A stretch of DNA of 63,986 bases, filler included, from Lenisia limosa (Eukaryota > Protista > Breviatea), in the NCBI GenBank assembly GCA_001655205.1. It is 14 parts of 14 records of this genome, joined end to end, with 100 filler letters (N's around TTAATTAATTAA, not from the genome) between each part and the next. Parts side by side here need not be neighbours in the genome. Positions count along the whole stretch, not along the records: positions 27,201 to 29,479 come from LPNZ01000693.1; positions 29,580 to 33,951 come from LPNZ01004766.1; positions 34,052 to 35,665 come from LPNZ01002930.1; positions 35,766 to 37,135 come from LPNZ01004949.1; positions 37,236 to 40,283 come from LPNZ01005615.1; positions 40,384 to 43,367 come from LPNZ01004901.1; 8 more parts are not named here. One strand, 5' to 3'. The notes below the pieces were generated by a model. The model had not been told where the DNA came from. It saw only the letters and a list, made by a program, of their open reading frames with translations, and ran no database searches. Both the position numbers and the translations under genes were made by a program. Shown here one piece after another: positions 27,531 through 40,422 of this stretch. Position 1 is the stretch's first letter. Every line of letters begins with the position of its first letter.

Positions 27531-28027
27531 ACGGCCGCATGGAGTGCCCGATTGTTTCTCATGATGCTGGACCATATTGGTCCATTTTCGAACAAAAATG
27601 AAGGTCTTGGAGGCTCTCACAAGAATGCAAATGTGTGAATTAAGGTCATTTACAATCAAAATAGTACGGCCGCATGGACTGCCCGATTCATTTGTTCACA
27701 CTCAGGTGTAAAAAGTTGTCGCCATGCAAAGCGAAACAATTTGCCCTTTTGAGTGTCGAACATAAATCGGGCAGTCCATGCGGCCGTAATAAAAGAGTGC
27801 ATATGAAGATAGTTACACATTTACAAGTCTTTGGGATCCTCCGTTTTCCTATTTTTGAAAGTACGGCCGCATGGACTGCCCGATTCACTTTTCGGCCTTT
27901 TCGGACTTTTCTGGGCAGTCCATGCGGCCGCATAAAAGAGTGCAAATGATACCTAATTTACACAGTTACAAATCCTTAGGATCCGTTTAACTATTTCTTA
28001 GCACGGCCGCATGGACTGCCCGATTCA
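27531..28027. repeat. Array of a ~24-bp motif in mixed orientation
   Basis: GTACGGCCGCATGGACTGCCCGATT: forward at 27531, 27664, 27861, 28003; inverted at 27765, 27913; partial near 28315. Confidence 0.9.
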
Positions 28028-28608
28028 ATTGGGCATTCTCCGCACCGAAGTCACTCCGAAATTTGTGGCCTGATTATTCTTCATCAATGGCTTATTGTTT
28101 CTTCAACGCCTTAATTAACCTTAACAAATCATTTTATGCGCCTCTGTTGTGAACTTAACCTTGCAAAATTGGTCTGTTTCTGTGCTTTGTCTTGCGGAAA
28201 ATTGTTTTGCCCCTGGTTTTTCCGTCCCTTTTCTGTCACCTGGTGTTCTTGTTTTTTTCCTCCTGCTCCGCTCCCCTCTTGCTCCCCAAGGAGCTCCCTC
28301 CCCTCCTTGTTGAGGACTGCCCGATTCCACTCGACATCCAGTCCGGACTTTTTTTGCTCCCCAGATATGCAACAGATATTGATATGTGTACTTTTTTCTT
28401 TTTGCTCAAACGGAAAGCCACAACAAGTCCAGCGCCTGTTCACACTGTGCATAAGCCAGATCGTAAAGTCGTAAATTTTTCCGATATTTACCGAATAGTG
28501 GTTGCATTGGGCGAAGTAGAGCCCGATAATAACGTCAAATAGTCCAATAATTCAACGACCTCCGCTGCAGTTGAATTGAAAAAGCTACATTGGCACTAAA
28601 GCCTGGGA

Positions 28609-29442
28609 TTATAGCGATCGTTCCAGCATGACCTTCTGGAGGGTGGTGATGGCTGCGGCTGACACTGCCGGTGACTGAAAGCGTAAAATCAGAAGTTATG
28701 TGTCGAATTTGAAATCTGGTCGGAGAGAAAACTGCACATACACATACACGCAGAGAGAGAGAGAGAGAGAAATCGTAATTATTGAAAAAAAAAAAGTAAT
28801 TAAGCCTACGTGATGGTCAAGAAGGGCCAATAAACGGGCTTTAGCTCCAAGTTGTGTAAGAACCCTGGATCGTGAGGAAAACAGCATTAATAGAATTAGG
28901 GCTTCCCTACGGTCCGACAAGAACGTTAAAATATCGATATTTATCGAGAATTTATCGAGAAATTCAGTCTTTTTTGGCTAAATATATGATATATTATAAA
29001 GAGGCAGTGGCCGAAGCCCCCTCACTTCCGCCCTCTGTGGTGGTGAACAGCAAAGTGGGCAATATCATGGCACGCCACCTCCACAGTCGTATCGTCTGCC
29101 GACTCCAGCAAATGAATCATGACCCTGCGGTGTAATGAAGGAAACGATTGGGAGCGTGTAAATGGATCGATGAAGAATAACCTTCAGGGAGGGGGGGATG
29201 CAGAGAGAAAATTGCCCAATGATCAAAAGGATGTTAAACATCCCTCATGAGCAAAAGGATGTTAACATCCCAATTTTATCATCCAACACTCTCCTTCAAA
29301 GAATCGTTCCGTTATCCACATTTCAACCCAGTGAACCTGAGAACTTCATAGTCATTCTCCTCGAAATGGTCGACTTCCTCCAGCCAAAAGCGTTCACTGG
29401 TGTGGACAGGTGACCAGCGTAAACTGCCACTTAGCGCCTCGG
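28609..29442 (-). CDS. ATP6V1H: V-type H+-ATPase subunit H, last four exons (5' truncated)
   Basis: EALSGSLRWSPVHTSERFWLEEVDHFEENDYEVLR|VMIHLLESADDTTVEVACHDIAHFAVHHHRGR|VLTQLGAKARLLALLDHH|SPAVSAAAITTLQKVMLERSL* matches the V-ATPase_H C-terminal domain (WSPVH..FW, VA.HD, LG.K). Confidence 0.92.
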
Positions 29443-29640
29443 CTGAGAGACAGGCAAAGGAACTGCATGGTTATGTGGGNNNNNNNNNNNNNNNNNNNNN
29501 NNNNNNNNNNNNNNNNNNNNNNNTTAATTAATTAANNNNNNNNNNNNNNNNNNNNNNNNNNNNNNNNNNNNNNNNNNNNCATTGGAAATTATAATAATCT
29601 CAAAAAGAAAAGCCCCCAACAGATGCACTTTCCAAAAGTG

Positions 29641-32030
29641 ACCACGACCAATTCATCACTGGGGGGTGCGGTGACCTGAAATATCAGGGAGATAGTAGAA
29701 AGATGTGTATGTGTAGGTACAGAGTTGAAAGGTAAATGATTGATTGAATATCCTGAATTCTTGTAAGCGTGATGGCTTCAGAGAAAGTATCTGGTCACAC
29801 CATCACACTTGGAAGATAAATTGGATTCTAGTAGAGTATAAATTCACCCAATCATTTACGACCTTGACGATCTTGGCAAAGCAGCGGATGAAAGACGTGG
29901 CAAGACATCCGATGAACAAAAACACTATATTGTGAGTCGAATTAAGAGTCTTCAAAAACACTATGTTGTGAGTGAGATGGTGCGGACGGCTTCAGCCTAA
30001 CACTGCTCTTTTCCCATCTACATCACCTCTTTTGTAGCCAACTAGCGATTCACTTCTATTAAGAAAAATCCTTGCCAAAAACGACCAGTATAGCAAAAGA
30101 GTAATTCCTTTACGGTAATCCCTTGCATTATAAATTTGTTTCTCTATTTTTTTATTAGTAATATTATTTTTGCTCTCTCAAGCCCCCCACAAACCACAGA
30201 ATTGTCCCAATTTGGTTGAAAAGACAAGAGGCATGTAGTCATGAATCTGGGGGAGTAAAATTGGAAAATTTATGAAACAAAAAAGCCCAAAGCTCAAGGT
30301 TTGGGGGGAGTGAAAGTGGAAAATGAACCTGGTAGATGAAAAACAGAAATCTGTGAAAATCCTTTGATGAAAGTTTGAAAATAAAAAACCAGTGATATAT
30401 ATTTTATCAAGTAATCCCAATAGCAAAACCCCCACTAGATGAGATATCCGTTATTTGATATGCCCAAGGTCCAAAATTATGTCGTTAATTATTTACGGTC
30501 ACCAAATCAGCCTTCAAAACAGTAATATATTTCTGAGACATAATTACACACTTATTTGTTAACGAAGGGAAACAAAGAAAAACAATTATCTTTCATTTTT
30601 TGCAAGATCAGCAAACTTTTTCGCGAATATTTAATTGTTTTAGCGCCACGCTCGCGCAATTTTTTTTCAGTTTATGCTCGCATTTTTCTCAGATGTCCTT
30701 TTTTACGAGTTAAACATGAAAAAGAGACAGTCACAGAAAATTGAATTAACGACAATAATTCGAATTAACGACATGTAGTTTAGGACCTCGAACATATGAA
30801 GTTCAATCATTATTCCTCTCCATTCCTTTTCTCTCCCGCTTTTTCATCTAGCTTCATTTTCTATCTTAATTACATGATATCATCTACTAATATATATAAT
30901 AACGAAGTTTGCATTCTCTCCCGCTTTTTCATCTGGCTTCTTGATCCTTTGCCCCTCCCCACAAATTCCAATGATTCGGTCTGAAGAACAACCGGAGTAA
31001 TAAGAACGTCAACAGTCTAAACCGTTAGTAAAATTCATTCTTACAGTGCTGCGATAAGTTCTGACACGATTAACTGAAGAAAAAGCTCAACATCCGTATC
31101 AGGAATTATCGCAGTCAGTGAATAGTATTGAGTCCATACTGAAAAACAAATATACCACCCCATATTCGATCGGGACTTTTCATGAGTTGTTTAAGTAAGT
31201 CATGACTCTATTTCCAATCAAACGTGAAGCTCAAGAAGGATTCTCAAACCAGCAACTAGGGCTTCAGTTCGGTTCGAAACAGACTGGTAAAATATCGATA
31301 GTTTTCAAGGATATATCGATAAATTCAGTCTTTTTTCAACCAAAGTGAAGCCTGCCGGCAATATAACAAAAGCAACCCCCGCATACCTCCCACGCATCCT
31401 GGGGGTCGAACTCGCAAGGGTTGGTGTGGACAGTGAAAACTAGAGTGCCGATCGAGATGATGAGGACAACGGGATGGCGACCGATCTTGACCAGCTTTCT
31501 CAAGGGTCCTGTTGAACATGAGAAAATGGGTGGCTGAGATCTAGCAATCTTGGAGTGCAAAGGTGAAGACATGAGATAAAAATTGGTATCTTTTTTGGTC
31601 GAAGCGGTCCACACTCTCAGGCTTATTCAAAGAGATGGATTATTTTAGTACTAATCCCCAATCATTTGCCTACATCTCACATACAGGTTCGCGTGATATA
31701 CTAAAATACGACTCCAAGTTACACTCCCCTTGATACCCAATTGGCAACAATGCGACAATAAACCTGCAAGATACAATGCCCCGCTTGAATATTGCACTTC
31801 ACCATACTCTATGAGTGGTGAAGTACAACATTTCAGCGAAGTCCCCTTGATAATGGGGTGCTTAACTTTGCCATAAACAGTATGATAGAAGAATATGAGG
31901 AATCCTTCAAACCAAAGGTGACGAGTCTCTCCAGGATGATATTGCCATATTTCAAAAACCGAAAGCTGAATACAGCTGTTGTAATTAGGAAGGCGACGTA
32001 GAGAACATCAGAGGACGAAAGCATCTCCAT
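29641..32030 (-). CDS. Multi-exon putative membrane protein of unknown function, 3' truncated
   Basis: ATG at 32030 and hydrophobic exons MEMLSSSDVLYVAFLITTAVFSFRF..., KFIVALLPIGYQGEC..., RHPVVLIISIGTLVFTVHTNPC, LFIGCLATSFIRCFAKIVK|VTAPPSDELVV. Not all junctions resolved. Confidence 0.45.
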
Positions 32031-32395
32031 TGTGTTTTACTTGGGACAATTCGGCGTTTCCCTGTTTCAGATTTATTTATTATCTTTATCAGATCGATAT
32101 CAGATCTCTATTTCTTTATTAACCAGCTTGTCAATCTTTTCACGTGAAAAAGCGGAAGCGAAAGCATCCGAACCGTCATTATGTACTATGCTCTGAGCAG
32201 CGCTGAGCTCATCTTTGAGTTGTCTTTGAAAAAAATATCTTTAATCTTTTAATAATCTACTTGAAAAGTTTAGTTTCCGGCAAAGAGCGATGTGCTTCTC
32301 ACCATTTTTGTATTGAAAGAGCTAGAAGCTACCTGCATGGCTGTCAGCTTGCAAGCAGCTTGTTATTATTAGTGTTATGAAGATTAATTGCCAAT

Positions 32396-33951
32396 AATGG
32401 TGGCAGATTCGACTTACCGGAAGTGGGCTTTCTCTTGTTTTGTTGACTCTTCTTTTAGTAGCTCCTACGCCAGCTTTCAGGACTATGTGAACAGGGCTCT
32501 CACCAATGACTTTCTGCAGCGAGAAAGCGCTCAACAATTGGCGAACACGGCATTCAGAGCGGCAATCCTCCACTCTCTGATTGTAGCAACCTTGGTATGT
32601 ACATAATAGACGAACCGACCCCTTTTTTTAGGAGATTATGCCATTCTATCCCGTGACTGTTTCTCCTGCTGCATAGTCTTTTGATCCTGACTTATTTTAG
32701 CTGATTGCCGAGCTGCTTACCTTCAGTGAGAGTAAGTGTGGGAATACGATCAAGTTTTACCGGGGTAGAGCGTCTCTATTCGGTTGCAACAAGCATTAGT
32801 CATCTGTTTTTCAGACCTGATCCTTCTTATCTGGGCTTCTTCCGGAATTGCACGGGGAAATTATGCGCGGTTAGAACGCGTGCAGACGGGACTTTCTCCG
32901 GTGTTATCCTTGTGACATCCTTTTTAGGCTGGAATCAGGTTGTCCGCATTTGTCAGTTCGTTTATTGCGGCGTGCTGTGTCTGCTGACGTATCTGGCTAA
33001 GGAGCATCAGAGGCTTGCGGTGGGAGGAGGCTTGTTGCTGGCTTGTTTGTAAACGGGGAAATGACGCCTCATTGATAGCAACTCTTGTTTCTTCTTCATC
33101 ATCTTTCCTCTAGTCTTCTCTCATGACTTCTGTTACTTGCATCAGGAAATCGCCTTTGTTTAGTCTTAGGAGGTATATAAAACGCAGATAGTTTAGTTCC
33201 TGGAAATGATGATTATACTTATACTTATTACCAACTTATTACGGTGTGAAAAGTATTATATCAAAAAGCCCGCACCACCTAGAACTTGGCACGAATCGTA
33301 ACATTTGCATATTCTTCCATAGAGGTGAAATATTGTTACCTCTCTGTTGCTTCCTTGCTTTCTCGATAACTCCTTGATAAATGTCGATATTTTGACGGTT
33401 TTTTCGAAACGTAGGGAAGTCTTATGTTACCTAACCCTTACATAGAAGCTCTATCCGCTATTATGGTATCTGTTCGACTTGAGCCACATCATCGCTATGG
33501 GATTCTGTAGGATGGTATTGTGTTCCCCCACTATCCATCTTATCTTTACCCCGTTTGTTATTGCTTGTTTTTTTTTTGTTTGTTTGTTTGGGGTTTCTTC
33601 ATCAAAATTTCCTTCGTTTTACTNNNNNNNNNNNNNNNNNNNNNNNNNNNNNNNNNNNNNNNNNNNNNNNNNNNNNNNNNNNNNNNNNNNNNNNNNNNNN
33701 NNNNNNNNNNNNNNNNNNNNNNNNNNNNNNNNNNNNNNNNNNNNNNNNNNNNNNNNNNNNNNNNNNNCCCTTGTGTGTTGTCACCCAGCAGAGTTGATTT
33801 TGGGCTTTTTTGTTTCATAAGTTTTCCAATTATACTCCCCCTCACCCCCAAGCATCCTTGAATCCGTTTTGGTCCGACCTTACCCTTGGCATCCTGGCGT
33901 GCCTCTTCATTTCGACCTACTTTGCTTCAGGCCTTCAGCTCAGAGATGCCC
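32396..33951 (+). CDS. Putative multi-pass membrane protein (orphan), divergent from the previous gene, 3' truncated
   Basis: Exons MVADSTYRKWAF...FRAAILHSLIVATL|LIAELLTFSE|..., KLYPLLWYLFDLSHIIAMGFCRM, LNPFWSDLTLGILACLFISTYFASGLQLRDA with GT-AG ends. May be more than one gene. Confidence 0.4.
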
Positions 33952-34105
33952 NNNNNNNNNNNNNNNNNNNNNNNNNNNNNNNNNNNNNNNNNNNNTTAAT
34001 TAATTAANNNNNNNNNNNNNNNNNNNNNNNNNNNNNNNNNNNNNNNNNNNNTCGTGTGTTATCAGCCAACAGAGTTGATTTGGGGTTTTTTTTCAATTTT
34101 ACAAG

Positions 34106-35590
34106 TGTGTGGCTATTGCCAGTGATATGGAAGAAGCACGTCAGTATTGGAGTGGGGGATAGGGTGAGTACTAGGTGCACATTTAATTGTGTTTTTTTTA
34201 TTATTTTATTTATTTTTTACACTTGACAGTTGTGGAATATTTTTTTTCTTGTTGACCCCCTCCCTCAGGTGAGACCTCAGCGGCAGCTCGAAATGGTGCC
34301 GTATCCGAGTTCCAAGTCCTGGCCGAGTTCCAACAAAATGGTCCGGGGGGGGGGGGGNNNNNNNNNNNNNNNNNNNNNNNNNNNNNNNNNNNNNNNNNNN
34401 NNNNNNNNNNNNNNNNNNNNNNNNNNNNNNNNNNNNNNNNNNNNNNNNNNNNNNNNNNNNNNAGCTAACACAATACTCAACGGATTGAACTCATAAGCTG
34501 ATCCAAGGGCATAAAGATGGTTTAAAAACAGAGTGAACTCAAAGGGACAATTATTGAAACATAATGGGGAGGAGTGAATTTCAGTACAATTGTGCGCGGG
34601 GTGGGGGGTAGATACACCGCAGTTGCAAGTTATTTCCAATTGTCAGATGTGACGTTTTATTGCTTTTCCAATGTAATTCTTATTGCTTTTCTTCAATAAT
34701 ATTTTGCAGGTTATTTGATATGCAAATTGAACCATTACAAGCAGCTCTCGGGCGTTGTTGAGTACCGGGTATGCTTAAAGCTATTCTGTGAAAAAAACAA
34801 AGTCTTCCAAATTAAGCAACTCTAAATTTGTGCAATATGAAAATGTTGACAATTACAATGTTGATTACATTTCATGATGATGATAATTGTAATATTGATA
34901 AATGAAAATAATTGCAATATTGATGAACGATGATGATGAAGATTATTACCGGAAACTCTCTCACACTCTAGCTACAAATTTCCCTGGATTCCAAAACATT
35001 TTTTGATGTTGATACGTCGTCAGGAGGAAGCTTTGAATTTCGAGTTGATGAAACAGTAGGGTATTGGAAATAATTATGAAATAAAAAAAGCCCAAAATCT
35101 GGAGTTTAGAATATAGATGGAATGGTGGAGGGAGGGGGGGGGTAAAATTTGAAAATTTATGGAACAAAAAAGCTAAAAACAACTTAAAAAAAACATTCAT
35201 GCGTCATCCCTCCCAGAAAATCAGCAGCGTATCCCCCCAATCTTGTCCGGCAAAGGGATGCAGTGTAGTCATCTCAACAGAAAATGTCAACGCTGCGTGA
35301 GCATTCGGGTGTTTTTATTGAACTAAATTGGTCTCATTTCAATTGAATAGCTTGCTTACAATCCCCATTACCTGATTCTCCACTTTCTTAATCCCTTTTT
35401 AAGAATAATATCTTTTTTTTTTTATTTCTTTAAACCTTATGTGTTTTCCAAATGCTAGCCATGAGCTGATTCTTGAAGGCTTTTTTTGTTTCGTCAATTC
35501 TCCTTACCCCCTCCCTGCACAGACAATTGGAAGTTTCCTACGATTTTGGGATCAAAACCATCCTCATCCCACAAGCCAAACGAGAGAATG
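34106..35590 (+). CDS. Internal fragment, possibly containing an IPT/TIG-like domain
   Basis: Candidate exons VDTSSGGSFEFRVDET|KISSVSPQSCPAKGCSVVISTEN (TIG-like). Frames of other exons are ambiguous. Confidence 0.3.
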
Positions 35591-36179
35591 TAGGATTCAT
35601 GATTTAATCAGACTACATGAAAAGGCTCTTTTTCATTTTTTTTAAATAATGACATTAATCTCCCCNNNNNNNNNNNNNNNNNNNNNNNNNNNNNNNNNNN
35701 NNNNNNNNNTTAATTAATTAANNNNNNNNNNNNNNNNNNNNNNNNNNNNNNNNNNNNNNNNNNNNAAACAAAGGAAATTTCGATAAAGAATCTTGGCGTA
35801 AAGATACTAATCACGAACTGAATAATCTGAAACTCCAAACAAAAAACTGGCAAAAACCAACATAAATATGGAATTTTTGGTGACGATGTTAGTGATGATG
35901 GGTGGGGAGTTTATGAAATTAAAAAGCCCAAATCAACTATGCTGGCACAACACACGAGGGTTGAGAACAGCGGAATAAATATGGAATGTTGGGGGTTATG
36001 TGTTGGGCCCTCCCCCCCACCCCCCAGAAAATATCCCGGATTATTATGGTAATTATGTCTCTAGTTTGATCTCAATGCGGTTATTTGCACCAATAATAAT
36101 CATTTCAGGAACACAAATCAACCGTACATATGATATGCAATGTCGATAGTTTTCCAGGATTTATCGAGGATTTATTTGC

Positions 36180-37107
36180 GGTATTCCACCACCAATAATC
36201 GTTTTAGGAACACAACGTTCCAAGTGAACAACCTTACCCTCCTTCTTGTTATACATTATTCCTGACCCCCCCCCCNNNNNNNNNNNNNNNNNNNNNNNNN
36301 NNNNNNNNNNNNNNNNNNNNNNNNNNNNNNNNNNNNNNNNNNNNNNNNNNNNNNNNNNNNNNNNNNNNNNNNNNNNNNNNNNNNNNNNNNNNNNNNNNNN
36401 NNNNNNNNNNNNNNNNNNNNNNNNNNNNNNNNNNNNNNNNNNNNNNNNNNNNNNNNNNNNNNNNNNNNNNNNNNNNNNNNNNNNNNNNNNNNNNNNNNNN
36501 NNNNNNNNNNNNNNNNNNNNNNNNNNNNNNNNNNNNNNNNNNNNNNNNNNNNNNNNNAGACTGAATTTCTCGATAAATCCTCGAAAACTATCGATATTTC
36601 CACGGTTTTTTTCGAACCGAAGTGAAGCCCTAGTCAATATAAATGGTATTATGGGAGTTGGAGAGGGGTCAATTCATGGCACATTAAGAGCAAAGAATAT
36701 AACAAGGGACTATGATCAGATTACGTCAAAAAAACTCCTGGGAAATATTATTATTATGAATATGTCTGATCATTCAAACCCACAAACCTATCAGTGGGAG
36801 CATAGGCATGGGCGAGGTCAGCTACAGCGGCAATGCCAGATGAAGCCATTGAAATTACGGCAGCACAGTCGGCACCGCCCTCAATAACCTTCCTACTATA
36901 GTCAATCGACTTTAATAACCTTCCTAATATAGCATGCCACCTCATTACACCTTCCTAATATAGCAAGTCACCCCCTCCTCACGAGTCCTTTCCTCCTGTG
37001 GCGACGATGAACTGAACTGGCTCCGCCGAGGCGTTGAACACATAACCGCCCATTACGGCCGCACCGGCGTCGTACTGCTCCAGGGGATTGCGGGCTGGGG
37101 GACTGTC
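36180..37107 (-). CDS. Internal fragment of an unknown protein
   Basis: Exons LVSDSPPARNPLEQYDAGAAVMGGYVFNASAEPVQFIVATGG and VIEGGADCAAVISMASSGIAAVADLAHAYAPTD with good splice sites and coding-like GC. Confidence 0.45.
36885..36968 (+). repeat. ~33-bp intronic minisatellite x3
   Basis: ACCTTCCTAATATAGCA core repeated three times. Confidence 0.65.
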
Positions 37108-37236
37108 TGAAACAAGCTGGGGAGGGGGGGGGGGGNNNNNNNNNNNNNNNNNNNNNNNNNNNNNNNNNNNNNNNNNNNNTTAATTAATTAANNNNNNNNN
37201 NNNNNNNNNNNNNNNNNNNNNNNNNNNNNNNNNNNC

Positions 37237-40090
37237 CGATCAGCGGTGTGATAGTGATGAGACGAAGTACCGTAACTAGACAGTAAGAAAATGGGGTTGA
37301 AAATCCCCAAAAAGAGACTCGGATGAACATCGGACCCCCCACAGTGTATCAGCGCCATGGTAGTGAGGCCTGCGAGCACGTCACGCGAAGAGTTGATTTC
37401 GCCAAAGCCGTTATTGATCAGCGAGAGCAGAATGTGCGTTCCGTCAATGAGAAAGTCTGAAACTGCTACGAGAGCCTTGCCGACCCAACTTTCCGAGATG
37501 TTGTCCAAATGGCGCTCAATCACGTTTCTGTCATTGGCATTGTCGGCCGCGGCAGGTTCTTCAGCCACTTCAGCTTCCTAATACGGTAAGTCTCCATTCA
37601 CAGCAGGATGGCGGATTATTGAAATATCAAAAAAAACAACGAATTTTCAACGACAGCTTCCAAAACAGGCAAGTGGCCTTACCGGTTCCGGTTCGTCTTC
37701 CGATGACTCATCAATGGCCGCGTCGGGATGCGGGACATTAACCGGCGGCGTCATGTCAATCCGAGCCTCCTGACTGTTCATCTCCGGGCCGGGTCGCGAG
37801 TTGGACACATTTTCCGAGCCCGGGTCTTGACGAGGACTGACCTCAAGCTTCTCATAACTGTCGAACTTTGGCCGCGGCAAGCTGGCGAACATGGGGGTGC
37901 CGTCGTCGCTTTCCTCTTCCTCCATGCGGGCGGCTAGGTCACGTGCCGTTTGGAGGTCCAGTTCGTCCAGTTCGTTTGGTTCAGCCGGTTCGGGATCGAC
38001 AAGACCCGGCATGGAGCCGCAGGTGGTATCGGACTCGTTATCGGCAAGGTTGAGGGGAAGGTTCTTGTCTTTGGCTGCTGTGGGGTGAGGGGCGTTTAAG
38101 GTGGTCCCTTAAAATGAATTCTGGTCTAGGAGGTCACTGTTTTTGCATTTTTGAAATAATCGTCCAAGGTTTTCATGTTAATGTGATTTTCAATACTCTG
38201 CAAGTTAGGTCTTAAAGTTATGGTCGAAGAAAAATAATTAATAATTTACAATGCAGTTAAGTGAGCTATTAATTTTATTATGTAAATCGAGACATATTGT
38301 AACGAGAATATTCCAGACAATTAATGTCAAATTCTGTCTTTTAATTTTTGAGAGAAATAGATTGTAAAGAGTCCTGGTAATAATCCTTGAAGTGTAGGGT
38401 CATTTATTGAACCGGGTGTCAGAGGGCCAGGGCTTTACTTCGGTTCAAAAAAAGTAGGGCTCCATGCAATTAATTGAAAATTTATTTCAAAATTTGAAGT
38501 TGGAAATATTATAACGAGATTCCTATTCCAGACACTTTAATTACTAATTTTGTCGATTAATTTCCTCAAATCATTAATTGCACAGGAGCCCTAAAAAAAA
38601 GAGTGAATTGCACGATAGAACCTCGATATATATTGAAGTTCTCTTTCTTACTGGTGTGAAGCCTTACTCGGATCATACCGTTAGTCATGTGGGAAAGGAA
38701 GGTGGTCACACCGGCTACTTCAGCAGGCTGCAAGCCAACTTCCCCGAACTCCTGTGATGTCATGTGAAAAGAAAAGAGAATATTAACGAATCACTTCGGT
38801 CCGAAAAAGACCGACACAATATCTTGCAATTTTTGTTGAGAAATTCAGTCTTTTTAAGAGACGTGAAGCCGAGTGATATCGGAGGAAACCAGAGAGTTTC
38901 ACTTCATCTTCTCAATAAGACAGAATTTTTTATTAGAGTAATATTGTCATTGTTAGGGCTTCCCTATGGTCTGAAAAAAGACCGTTTAAATATCAATATT
39001 TATTGAGAGACTCGGTCTTTTTTTGGGACCGTAGGGAAGCCCAAATCATAGTACATAATATCTAAGGATTGATTCTGAACCACATACAAGTACATTTCAT
39101 ACTATATGATACATTTATTCTTTTTATACCCCCCCCCCCCCCCCNNNNNNNNNNNNNNNNNNNNNNNNNNNNNNNNNNNNNNNNNNNNNNNNNNNNNNNN
39201 NNNNNNNNNNNNNNNNNNAGTGTCACTGAAGAGTAAAAAAGCAAAGGTCCAAGTAAGGCTTCACTTCGGTTCAAAAAGACTTAATTTTTCGATAAATCCT
39301 CTAAAATTATCAATATTTAACCGGTCTTTTTCGTACAGAAGGGAAACCCGGGTTCGAAGTGAGGAAGTTGTCTCGGTTATCAGATTAATTATCGAATAAT
39401 AGGCCTTCCATAAAACCATTTGTGCATTATTCGAAATTTTTTTGATATTGACTTGTCTGAAGCATTCATAATAAATGTAGATCACGCGCCACTTTTGCCT
39501 TTTCTTTTTAAAAATTTCAATTACATAAGATCTAGTTTCAAAAGAGACTTTACTGCAAAGAACAAAAGCAACCCAGCGCACTGTTTGAGGAGGGGAGTGC
39601 GCTCGTCATCGTCATTTTGATAATTTGTTTCCGTGTCGGACACCGGGTCTTCGGCGTCTTCTTCAGCCTCAACAGCGTCGGTCTGTGGTTGTGAGATATG
39701 TGTGTGTATGTGTGTCGTTTCAATGGATGGTGTTGCGGTGGCGGGATTCGGATCCTTATGTGATATTACACTATAATCTATCTTGGTGTCGACGGCTTCA
39801 GCCAGATACAACCTCTTTTTTCTTCTTTCTGATTGCTCTATATTGAGCATCATCAATGACTTTGCACCAACCTTAGAAGGTTCAGAAGGGCACGGTTCAG
39901 CATAAGACTAAATAATGAGCGGTTACGAGGGCTTCTTCACTTGGGTTCACAAAAAGACTCGATTTCTCCTCCCACCAATTCATTTCCACTGTCGTCTTCA
40001 TGCACGTTTATCCACCCATTGTCCTTGACCTCCTCGTCCACAATGCGTTTCACTCGGGCAGCGAAAGAAGAATTCGAGAACCGCTGCAAT
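37237..40090 (-). CDS. Unknown acidic, low-complexity protein (multi-exon fragment)
   Basis: Exons AARVKRIVDEEVKDNGWINVHEDDSGNEL|SYAEPCPSEPSK|TDAVEAEEDAEDP...DDDERTPLLKQC, EFGEVGLQPAEVAGVTTFLSHMTNGMIR, a long acidic exon (ORF 37647-38012) and EAEVAEEPAAADN...LTTMALIHCG. Confidence 0.55.
38455..38593. mobile_element. MITE family B inserted inside a MITE family A copy (38428-38665)
   Basis: The family A left TIR GGGCTTTACTTCGGTTCAAAAAAA is interrupted by a full B element, then A resumes (GAGTGAATT..CGATA..GTGAAGCCT). Confidence 0.7.
38954..39042. mobile_element. MITE subfamily C (family A core with variant TIR TAGGGCTTCCCTACGGTCC)
   Basis: TAGGGCTTCCCTATGGTCTG...GGACCGTAGGGAAGCCC. Similar copies at 15781, 28899 and 33345-33420. 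Confidence 0.8.
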
Positions 40091-40422
40091 TATTACCACC
40101 ATTCCGAATACAATACTTCGTGCTTCACTTCGGTTCGACCGGGAAAATATCGGTAGTTTTCGAGGATTAATCGAGAATTTCAGTCTTTTTTGAGCCGAAG
40201 TGAAGCCCTAACAATACTCTGTATTAATTTGTTTCCCTAGATTTCTACTGTATATTATTTCTCTTGTTCAAAAAAATATATAANNNNNNNNNNNNNNNNN
40301 NNNNNNNNNNNNNNNNNNNNNNNNNNNTTAATTAATTAANNNNNNNNNNNNNNNNNNNNNNNNNNNNNNNNNNNNNNNNNNNNCGATATGCATATGTTTT
40401 ACGTTCTTCTTTACGCAAATAG

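Noticed and set aside
27531-28027. Possible CRISPR-like array
   Set aside because: The repeats are in mixed orientation, the spacers are homologous to each other and of unequal length, the context is eukaryotic, and there are no cas genes.
27674-28542. ORFs overlapping the 24-bp motif array and adjacent region
   Set aside because: Translations simply mirror the repeat or low-complexity sequence and occur on both strands.
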